In this document: one piece after another, positions 37,202 to 45,300 of the stretch | Layout of the letters: each line of letters starts with the position of its first letter | How positions within the stretch are numbered: position 1 is the first letter of the stretch | Assembly (NCBI GenBank): GCA_050741875.1 | Contig: JBOIGA010000002.1 | Span: forward strand, 1-48,012 | Reading direction: 5' to 3' | Length of the DNA: 48,012 nucleotides | Source of the DNA: Burkholderiales bacterium | Lineage (GTDB): Bacteria > Pseudomonadota > Gammaproteobacteria > Burkholderiales > JBOIGA01 | Made by a program: the position numbers and the translations under genes | Notes under the pieces: model-generated | The model's database searches: none | What the model was told of the DNA's origin: nothing | What the model saw: the letters and a program-made list of their open reading frames with translations, nothing else

Positions 37202-37792
37202 ATGAACGAGCAGACCAAAGAGCTTCTGTACCAGATGCTGGAAACCGAAATGGGCGGGGTGCAGGTCTACACCAAAGCGTTGCCCTGCGCTGTCAACGAT
37301 GAATTGAAAGAAGAGTGGGAAAAATATCTCGACCAGACCAACCATCATGTCGAAGTCATGCGCAACTTCTTTGAGCAGTTGGGCCTCGATCCCGAAGCGC
37401 AGACTCCCGGGCGGGAAGTTGTCCACCATGTTGGCGAGTCGCTAGTGCGGGCGATGGATATGGCGCTGCAAGCCGGGAAACCGGAAGCGGCTGAGCTTGT
37501 CGCCTGTGAGTGCGTGGTCTTCGCGGAAACCAAGGACCATCAAAATTGGGAGCTCCTTTCCAAGTGCGCCGAGAAAGCGAAAGCCAAAGAAAAACAGGTG
37601 TTGAAAGCGGCCGTTGAAGAAGTCGAAGATGAGGAAGATGAGCACATCTACCATAGCAAGGGATGGTGCCGCGAGCTTTGGATTCAATCGCTGGGAATGC
37701 CGGCCGTGCTGCCCCCTCCCGAAGAAGAAAAGGACGTGAAGACCGAGATCGGCGCGGCGCGCGCAAAGCAAGCGCGCAAAGACATGCTCTGA
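37202..37792 (+). CDS. hypothetical helical, ferritin-like-looking acidic protein
   Basis: SD GGAGAAC. Long helical, E/K-rich sequence with paired E..H motifs. The family assignment is tentative. Confidence 0.6.
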   Translation: MNEQTKELLYQMLETEMGGVQVYTKALPCAVNDELKEEWEKYLDQTNHHVEVMRNFFEQLGLDPEAQTPGREVVHHVGESLVRAMDMALQAGKPEAAELVACECVVFAETKDHQNWELLSKCAEKAKAKEKQVLKAAVEEVEDEEDEHIYHSKGWCRELWIQSLGMPAVLPPPEEEKDVKTEIGAARAKQARKDML

Positions 37793-37834
37793 TCTCGCGC
37801 TGCACAGGGTTCAGTTTACGCGGGTGACGGAAAA

Positions 37835-37860
37835 GCGGACGGCGAACGCTCGCCGTCCGC
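37835..37860 (+). terminator. 11-bp perfect stem-loop GCGGACGGCGA-ACGC-TCGCCGTCCGC
   Basis: Lies 43 nt after the stop at 37792. No T-run follows. Confidence 0.5.
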
Positions 37861-37891
37861 GGCGGTCTGCAGCGGCGGATCAAAGCAACGC

Positions 37892-38728
37892 ATGGGCCAG
37901 AATCAAGCCAAAACCGGGACGCGCAGAGGTTCCGATACGGCACTGCTACTTATCGATTTCATCAATGATCTCGAATTCCCCGGCGGCGACAAACTTCTTC
38001 CGCATGCGCTGGACGCCGCGAAACACACGGCGGCGCTGAAAAAGCGCGCGAGGCACGCAGGCATACATGCGATTTATGCGAACGACAATTTTGGTCAGTG
38101 GCGTTCGGATCTCAAGCAAGTCGTGGCTTACTGTTCGCGTGACAACGTGCGTGGCAAGGTTATGGTCAGAGCGGTCAAGCCGGGACGGGAGGGCTTCTTC
38201 GTTCTGAAACCGAAGAATTCGTGTTTTTTCCGTACTCCGCTGCAAGTACTCCTCGATCAACTGGGTGTGAAGAAGCTAGTCCTTACCGGTTTGACGGCCG
38301 ACATATGTGTGCTGTTTACCGCCAACGACGCGTACCTGCACGACTACGAATTGTTCGTGCCTGCGGATTGTGTGGCCTCCATGGAGCAAACCGACAACGC
38401 CGGGCGACGTCCTGCTGTCGAGAACACGAAAGGTCTTACGCTCCGCTTCATCGTAGAAAACGGCTTTATCGCGGACAAGAATGATCCACACCCGCTGGCG
38501 CCAAGCGATGATCCAATGCTTACGCTCGTTACGTGTTATCCCTTCGATGCGCTGACGCCCGGCGGTCCGCTTCGGTACATTGTGACCGCGGTCCCGGACG
38601 CCAGGGATCGCGTCACCGGCGCTAGTTACGACAAGAAGCTCGGTCCCAATTTGCGTTTGCCGCGCGGGACGATGGTGATACCGCTGTCGGTAACGGACCA
38701 GCGTTTGCTGTCGGCATCGCGGTCGTAG
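37892..38728 (+). CDS. chimeric ORF: isochorismatase-family hydrolase (~170 aa) joined to the C-terminal third of a sortase (LTLVTCYPFD...GGPLRYIV)
   Basis: The N-terminal part has LLLIDFIND, the LTGLTADICV catalytic Cys region and FVPADCV. From about residue 172 the sequence matches a sortase C-terminus with the TLxTC motif and downstream Arg but no upstream His region. The tail overlaps glgC antisense by 103 nt. Confidence 0.6.
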   Translation: MGQNQAKTGTRRGSDTALLLIDFINDLEFPGGDKLLPHALDAAKHTAALKKRARHAGIHAIYANDNFGQWRSDLKQVVAYCSRDNVRGKVMVRAVKPGREGFFVLKPKNSCFFRTPLQVLLDQLGVKKLVLTGLTADICVLFTANDAYLHDYELFVPADCVASMEQTDNAGRRPAVENTKGLTLRFIVENGFIADKNDPHPLAPSDDPMLTLVTCYPFDALTPGGPLRYIVTAVPDARDRVTGASYDKKLGPNLRLPRGTMVIPLSVTDQRLLSASRS

Positions 38729-39855
38729 CCGATTTGCGTCATGCCGGGAATGACATTGTAGCGGTCCACGATGACGCGTTTTAGCCTGCACCCTCCCTGG
38801 ATATGCACATAATCCATGATGATGCAGTTGTCGAGCTCGACGTCGCCTTCCAACATGACCTCGCGCCGCAGGATCGAGTCGCGGATACATGCGCCGTTGA
38901 TGATGCTGCCGCCGGCAATGATGCTGTTGCTGACTTCGCCCGAGATGATTTTCGCAACCGGACCCTGATAGTTGGAGGAGAAAATCGGCCAGCGCGGATT
39001 GAAGATGTTGAAGCGTGGCGTCAAGCCGATGACGTCCTGGTGCGCATCGAAGTACGCGTCTATCGTTCCCACATCGCGCCAGTATGCGTGCTCCTCGAAG
39101 GGCTTGACTCCCGGAATCTGGTTGCGCGCGAAATCGTAGGCGAATACCCGGTGCGTTCTCAGCATACGCGGCAGCACATGACGGCCGAAATCGTCCTCCC
39201 GATTGTCGTGCGCGGCGTTCAAAGTGTCGGACAACACATCGGCGTCGAAGAGGTAGTTCCCCATCGAGGCGTAGCTGCGGGAAGCGTCGCCGGGCATCGC
39301 CGGAGGATTCTTCGGTTTTTCCATAAACTCGCGCACGCGTCCGTCTTCATCGGGGGCGATGACTCCGAAAGCGCTGGCTTGATGAATGGGCACGGGAAGC
39401 GCGGCGATGGTCACCTCGGCATCTCGCTCGATGTGAAAATCCACCATCTGACGCACGTCCATGCGATATAAGTGGTCGGCGCCGAAAACGCAGACGAGAT
39501 CGGGCGCGTGCTGCTGGATCAGACCTAGATTTTGGTAGACCGCGTCGGCGGTGCCCTGAAACCAGTCCTGCGACTCGCGCATCTGCGGCGGAACAATGGT
39601 GACGAATTGCTCGGAAATGATCGGGCTCAAGACCCACGCCTTGCGCACATGCTCGATCAGGGACTGCGACTTGTATTGCACCAGCAAATAGATCGAATGG
39701 ATTCCCGAATTGATGAGGTTGGACAGGACAAAATCAATGATGCGGTAGCGCGCGCCGAAAGGAACCGATGGTTTCGAGCGCTCGGCGGTGAGCGGGTGCA
39801 GCCTGGAGCCTTCGCCGCCCGCCATCACGAAGGCAAGGACACTGGTTTTTTTCAT
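38626..39855 (-). CDS. glgC: glucose-1-phosphate adenylyltransferase GlgC
   Basis: VLAFVMAGGEGSRLHPLT and KPSVPFGARYRIIDF. Start chosen at MKKTSVLA. The ORF is open up to a GTG at 39897. Confidence 0.9.
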   Translation of the reverse strand: MKKTSVLAFVMAGGEGSRLHPLTAERSKPSVPFGARYRIIDFVLSNLINSGIHSIYLLVQYKSQSLIEHVRKAWVLSPIISEQFVTIVPPQMRESQDWFQGTADAVYQNLGLIQQHAPDLVCVFGADHLYRMDVRQMVDFHIERDAEVTIAALPVPIHQASAFGVIAPDEDGRVREFMEKPKNPPAMPGDASRSYASMGNYLFDADVLSDTLNAAHDNREDDFGRHVLPRMLRTHRVFAYDFARNQIPGVKPFEEHAYWRDVGTIDAYFDAHQDVIGLTPRFNIFNPRWPIFSSNYQGPVAKIISGEVSNSIIAGGSIINGACIRDSILRREVMLEGDVELDNCIIMDYVHIQGGCRLKRVIVDRYNVIPGMTQIGYDRDADSKRWSVTDSGITIVPRGKRKLGPSFLS

Positions 39856-39972
39856 GGTTGTCGATTTATGACTGAAGAACGGGCGCTGAATTCCCACAAA
39901 TGAAGGATTTAGGATTCAGAGAGCCTTCGCTTGAGTACAGCTCTAAACCGTATAAGCTCTCGGCAAACAGCA

Positions 39973-40456
39973 ATGACAATCGCGGTCGGAACCGCGTCTT
40001 GGACCGATAAGACGCTCCTCGCCTCGGGATGGTATCCGCGCGATCTCAAACGCGCGGAAGACAGGCTCAAACACTATGCCGCGCGATTTCCGCTGGTCGA
40101 AGTAGACAGCACGTATTACGCATTGCCGACTCCGGTTCATCGACGACGACGTGCACGAGACCGTGATTGCGCAGGGGATTTCATTCAGCATTCCCGCGAT
40201 CTGGGAAGCGACTTCATCCAAGCTCGCGATGCTGAGATTGCATGGCCGCAACGCGCAAACGTGGCAGGCAAAAAATCTGGCTTCCGCCGCCGAGCGTTTC
40301 AACTACCTTTATTCGGATGAAGAGCTGGCGGCGCTTGCCCCGCTTGTGAAAGCGCTTGAAGAAAAAGCGCACAGGGTCCACGTCCTTTTCAACAACTGCT
40401 ACGCCGACAAGGGAGTGCGCAATGCCGCGACGTTTCGCGCAATGCTTCGGGCGTAG
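39973..40456 (+). pseudogene. DUF72 (YecE/UPF0759) pseudogene with a large internal deletion and a frameshift
   Basis: The N-terminal 54 aa (IAVGTASWTDK...VEVDSTYYALPTP) are in one frame. The C-terminal ~100 aa (LAMLRLHGRN...YLYSDEEL...VHVLFNNCYADKGVRNA) are in another. The junction is near 40135, and about 100 central residues of the family are missing. Confidence 0.7.
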
Positions 40457-40778
40457 GACTTTCACGCCACGGCTTTTTCCACCGATGCGAGCAGCGTGCG
40501 CAGTTCGCGAAATGCTTCAGTCGTAGGATTGCGCCGCGACCCTTTCCACCGATTCAAGTAGTGTGCGAAGGGCATTGAGATCGGCGGCTGGACGAGGTGA
40601 TTGTCGCACCCCGCTTCTTGCGAACGCCGCCGATCTCTCTCGTTGCTCCGCGCTGCAAGGCTTCGAATATCGGCTGCGATTCGTGCGCGTGATCGGGCGG
40701 TTTCAACAGCGAAACATTGCGGCAATAGCGCGCCTTTTAGCGCATTGACCGTAGTAACAAAATGTTTAAGCTCACGTC

Positions 40779-41060
40779 GTGATCAAATCTTTCCGCTGCA
40801 AAGAGACGGAGAAAATTTACAAACGTCAATTCAGCAAGAGATTTCCTCGCGAAATTCAACAGCGAGCGTTTCAGAAATTGAACGCCCTCGACGCTGCCGA
40901 GCAAGTTCAGGACTTGCGGCTTCCGCCGTCCAATCGTCTTGAAGCATTGAAAGCGGATCGGAAAGGGCAGTGGAGCATCCGCATTAACGACCAGTGCGGG
41001 TTTGCTTTGATTGGCGCGAAGGCAATTGCGGAGCAGGTGGAGATCGTTGACTACCATTGA
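40779..41060 (+). CDS. higB: HigB-type (RelE/ParE superfamily) toxin, probably inactivated by a compensated double frameshift
   Basis: Starts MIKSF (GTG) and ends VEIVDYH. Residues 73-83 are out of frame relative to the family-conserved WRVCFDWREGN, which is encoded in the +2 frame. Confidence 0.7.
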   Translation: MIKSFRCKETEKIYKRQFSKRFPREIQQRAFQKLNALDAAEQVQDLRLPPSNRLEALKADRKGQWSIRINDQCGFALIGAKAIAEQVEIVDYH

Positions 41061-41070
41061 AGGGAAAGAT

Positions 41071-41367
41071 ATGGCTAAACGCTCGATTTCGCCGGTGCAC
41101 CCCGGTGTGTATTTGAAAGAGATGCTGGACGAGTTGCATGTATCGCAATACCGCCTCGCCCAGGAATTGAGTGTGCCGGCGATGCGGGTCAATCATGTTG
41201 TGCACGGGAAGCGGCCGGTAACCGCGGAGCTTGCCATGCGCCTTGGCCGCTATTTCGGGCAGAGTCCGCGCTACTGGTTGAATTTGCAAACCAGGTATGA
41301 CATGGACAAGGCAGAGGACGAGTTGGCCGAGAAGGTATCGCGCGAAGTACGCCGCATGATCGCTTGA
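41071..41367 (+). CDS. higA: HigA-type XRE-HTH antitoxin
   Basis: PVHPGVYLKEMLDEL..SQYRLAQELSVPAMRVNHVVHGKRPVTAELAMRLGRYFG.SPRYWLNLQ is typical HigA. Confidence 0.85.
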   Translation: MAKRSISPVHPGVYLKEMLDELHVSQYRLAQELSVPAMRVNHVVHGKRPVTAELAMRLGRYFGQSPRYWLNLQTRYDMDKAEDELAEKVSREVRRMIA

Positions 41368-41634
41368 GGGTCTAGTTACCATCTCAGTGGTGCGAGTCTG
41401 GTAGACAGTTGGTTGGAAATTTGGTCCGCGAATGTAAGTTTTACATCGTCGGCTGACACGCTGTGAGAAGCTTCAGGCGCGGACGGCCCTACAGTCTCTT
41501 CGGTCGTCTGTCACCGGTCCTCAGTCATCTCTGTACTGGTTTCAGACGCAGCGTCGAAGGCAAGCCTTAGGCCGTCTGCTTTCTGTCATCCGTCCTCGGC
41601 CCTCTGAAGCCATGCTGCGCCGGGTGCTGCGCCA

Positions 41635-41650
41635 TGGCACAGCGCTTGCT
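41635..41650 (+). promoter_or_regulatory. sigma54 -24/-12 promoter, consensus-perfect TGGCAC-N5-TTGCT
   Basis: Read directly as TGGCACagcgcTTGCT, 49 nt upstream of the hemerythrin ATG. Confidence 0.55.
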
Positions 41651-41698
41651 CGCGCTCGCTTTTGGCAACTACCAAGGAAACAAACCGCATCGAAGAGC

Positions 41699-42220
41699 AT
41701 GGACGCGACCGCGCTGCTGATGGCGGACCACAAGAAAGTTGAAAAGCTGTTCAAGGATTTCGAGAAGCTGGAAGACGCCGAAGAAAAACGCGCGCTCGTC
41801 GAAAAGTGCTGTACGTCACTCAAGATTCACACCCAGATCGAGGAAGAGATCTTCTATCCAGCCGCGCGTGGGGCCTTGAAAGAAGCCGATCTCTTGAACG
41901 AAGCTGAAGTTGAGCATGCGACGGCGAAGGATCTCATCGAGCAACTCGCGAGCTATGACGGCGAAGACGAAAAGGATGACGCCAAGTTCACCGTGCTCGC
42001 CGAATACATCCGGCACCACGTCAAGGAAGAGCAGAACGAGATGTTTCCCAAGCTGAAGAAATCCAAGGGGCTCGACTTGCAGGAGATTGGCGAGCAGCTT
42101 AAGCAGCGCAAGGAAGAGCTAATGAGTGAAATGGGAGTGGACCCAATGGAAGTGGAGGAAGAATCGCCGCGCAAGAGGGCTTCCACTCAGGCGCCGAGGA
42201 TGGCGGCGAAACGGCGGTAG
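41699..42220 (+). CDS. hemerythrin-domain protein
   Basis: LLMADHKKVEKLF, H..IEEE.FYPA and EH...K.L. typical His/Glu ligand spacing. Also HHVKEEQNEMFP. Confidence 0.8.
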   Translation: MDATALLMADHKKVEKLFKDFEKLEDAEEKRALVEKCCTSLKIHTQIEEEIFYPAARGALKEADLLNEAEVEHATAKDLIEQLASYDGEDEKDDAKFTVLAEYIRHHVKEEQNEMFPKLKKSKGLDLQEIGEQLKQRKEELMSEMGVDPMEVEEESPRKRASTQAPRMAAKRR

Positions 42221-42226
42221 CGCATA

Positions 42227-42253
42227 AGGCTCTCCGCGCGCGGCGGAGAGCCT
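42227..42253 (+). terminator. 11-bp stem-loop AGGCTCTCCGC-GCGCG-GCGGAGAGCCT
   Basis: Lies 7 nt after the hemerythrin stop. No T-run follows. Confidence 0.45.
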
Positions 42254-42311
42254 CGCAAGAAAGCTCTCAGCATCTCCGCTATAAATCCGCCGCTCGTGGA
42301 GCAAATGACTG

Positions 42312-42344
42312 GGGACACCGTGGAACCGTTTTCCACGGTGTCCC
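42312..42344. terminator. 14-bp perfect stem-loop GGGACACCGTGGAA-CCGTT-TTCCACGGTGTCCC between convergent genes
   Basis: Read directly. Lies 19 nt after the stop of the GH94 gene on the minus strand. Confidence 0.6.
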
Positions 42345-42362
42345 GTTGGATCGTGAATCCCG

Positions 42363-45300
42363 CTATTTCACGGCCGGGACTCGATTCACAGCAGCTGCGA
42401 AGGTCCCATGCTCTGCTGTAAAACGACTCATTTGCACCAGCACCACGTGGCGCCGGCGGTCATTGATTAAATCGATGCTCGTGCCGGACACCGGCTTGCC
42501 GTCGATCCGTATCGCTTCGACTCCACGACAGATTCCTTGCGGATTCTCGACCACGAGATCGTAATCGGTGTCGCGATAGCGAAAGCGAAGGCTAAACCCG
42601 GTCCACGCCGATGAAATGACTGGATCGAGTGAAAGCTTTTCGCCTCGCAACTTGAAGCCGAGAATTTCTTCGAGCCATATCCGATACATCCAGCCTGCCG
42701 AGCCGGTATACCAGGTCCAACCGCCCCTGCCGGTTTGACCGGCCAGCGCATAAACGTCCGCGGCAACGACATAGGGCTCGACCTGGTAGCGCGCGACATC
42801 GTCGGGCGTGCGCGCGTGTTCGACCGGATTCATCATGCGCATGAGCGCGGTCGCTTTATCGCCTTCGCCGCATCGGGCGAAGGCCATCGGCAGCCATAGC
42901 GAGCCGTGCGTATACTGCCCGCCGTTTTCCCGCACGCCGGGCGGATAGCCTTTGATGTAACCGGGGTCGAGCGGTGAGGCGTCGAACGGCGGAGTGAACA
43001 GCAGGACCAACCCTTCTGCCGCGCGCACCAGATGCTGCTCGGCAGCGTTGAGCGCGAGCGCGGTTCGTTCCGCGTCGGCCGTTCCGGAAATCGCCGCCCA
43101 CGATTGCGCGAGAGAGTCGATTTTTGCTTCTGCGCTTTGCGCCGAGCCAAGCGGCGTGCCGTCGTCGAAGAATGCGCGCACATACCAGCCGCCGTCCCAT
43201 GCATGTTGCTCGACCGCGCGTGTCATACGCGCCGCGCGTGCGCGCGCCTCGTTCGCTTCGCGCGCTTCTTCGATTCCGTTGCGCAAGCTTAAAAGATCAG
43301 CCCAATCGTGCAACACGTGGATCACGAACCATGCGAGCCAGACGCTCTCTCCCTTCCCGTCCGCGCCGACGCGGTTCATGCCGTCGTTCCAATCACCGCT
43401 GCCGATCAATGGCAAGCCATGCGCGCCTTCGGTCACACCGCGGACGATCGCGCGGCGGCAATGTTCGAGAAGTGGCGCCGCCTCGGCCGATTGCGAAGGC
43501 GCGAAATATTTGTCGTGGTCGCCGGGTTCGAGCTCTGCGCCTTCCAGAAACGGTACGATCTCATCAAGCACGCCGGCGTCGCCGGTGACGCGAAGGTACT
43601 GCGCGGTCGCGTAAGGTAGCCACAGAAGATCATCGGAAATGCGCGTGCGTACACCCGCCCCGCTATCGGAATGCCACCAGTGCTGCACGTCGCCCTCGCG
43701 AAATTGGCGCGCTGCGGCGCGCAGGATTTGCGCGCGAGCGATTTGCGGCGCGGAATAGAGGAGGGCCAGCCCATCCTGCAGCTGATCGCGAAACCCGTAC
43801 GCGCCGCTCGATTGATAAAACCCCGAGCGCCCCCAGATGCGGCAACTCAGATCCTGATAGAGCAGCCAGCGATTCAACAATAAGTTGACTGCGAGATCGG
43901 GGGTGTTGATCTCGATCACGCCGAGCGCCCGGTCCCACCATGCGCGCGTTTCACTTAACGCGTGCTCCACCGCGGACACATCGCGGTAACGCTTGATAAG
44001 TTCGCGCGCCGCGCCCGCGTTCTCGGTTTGGCCGAGCAGAAAGACGATTTCTGTCTCCTGACCGGGGTCGAGCTCGACCTCGACTTGCAGCGCAGCGCAC
44101 GGATCGAGCGCGGCGCCGGAGCGGCGTGAGAGCTTGCTGCGCTTGAGCGCCGCCGGCCGCGCAAGCGAGCCGTTGCGGCCGAGAAACTCGGTGCGGTCAC
44201 CGGTAAAAGAGTTCGCCGCCGGGGCCGAAGCGGCAAATGCCACGTGCGGTGCAAAATCCGGGTGGTAGCTGTTGCGCGCGAACAGCGCCTGCGATTCGGC
44301 ATCCCAGTTGGTGATGATGTGCTGCTGCGTTTCTTCGCGATGCCCGCCGAGCACCCATTCGCAATAGGCGGTCACGGAGAGACGTCGCGCGCGCGAGGAC
44401 GCATTGCGCAAGCGCAGTTTCTGGATCCTGACCGCCGCGCCGCCGGCGTCATCGAGCGGGACAAAGCACAGAAGCTCCTGTTCGATCGCGTGGCTGTTGT
44501 GTTCAAAGACGGTGTATCCCTGGCCGTGACGCGCGCGATACGCGTCGAGCTCGCGGATCGGCGACGCCGTCGGAGTCCAGTACACACCGATGTCCTCATC
44601 GCGAATGTAGATCGCGTCCCCGGCGGGATCTCTGACCGCGTCGTTCGACCAGGGCGTCAAGCGGTTGCTCTGGCTGTTGCCGCACCACGCGAAACCGCTT
44701 CCCGATTCGCTGACAAGCGCGCCAAAGTTGGGGTTCGCCATGACATTGACCCACGGCGCCGGCGTGCGCGTGTCGGGGCCGAGGTAGATTACATATTCGT
44801 GCCCATCGTGCGTGAATCCGCCGAGACCGTTGAAGTACGGCAATTCCATGTAGGGAAGCGGCGCCGATGGCTCTTCCATGACGTGCTCGTTGACCAATAG
44901 AGAAGGCGGCAAGTCCGTCGCCAACGCCGGCAGTGCGAGCTGCTTGCGCAAGCTTCCTCTGGCCGCGACCAGCACCACTCGGGCGCTCGCCAGCAGTAAG
45001 TTGAAATCGCGTTCCGGGACCTTTGCCGCGGGCAGCAGAATCACGCCACCTTGTTCCTTTGCGTCAGGCGCATGCGCCTCGACGAGGCGGCGCAGTTGCT
45101 CGTGCAGCGGTTGTTCATAGCTCGCGGACTCTTCGTTCAAAATGACAAGATCGAATCTCAGCCCGCGCAGCTTGAGATAGTTGTGCGCGGCGAGTGTTTG
45201 ACTGACGAGCTCGATATCCCCCGCGTCGCCGATGGTCAGCGCGAGGATAGGCAGATCCCCGGAGATGCCGTATTCCCAAAGCCCCGATTGACCGAGGACG

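Noticed and set aside
40462-40725. 87-aa minus-strand ORF with a faint XRE-HTH-like C-terminal pattern (W.G.R.P.....LL).
   Set aside because: The alignment to HTH proteins is poor and gapped. The ORF is largely built from the diverged 70-bp duplication of the DUF72 3' end. There is no SD. It is probably non-coding or a decayed remnant.
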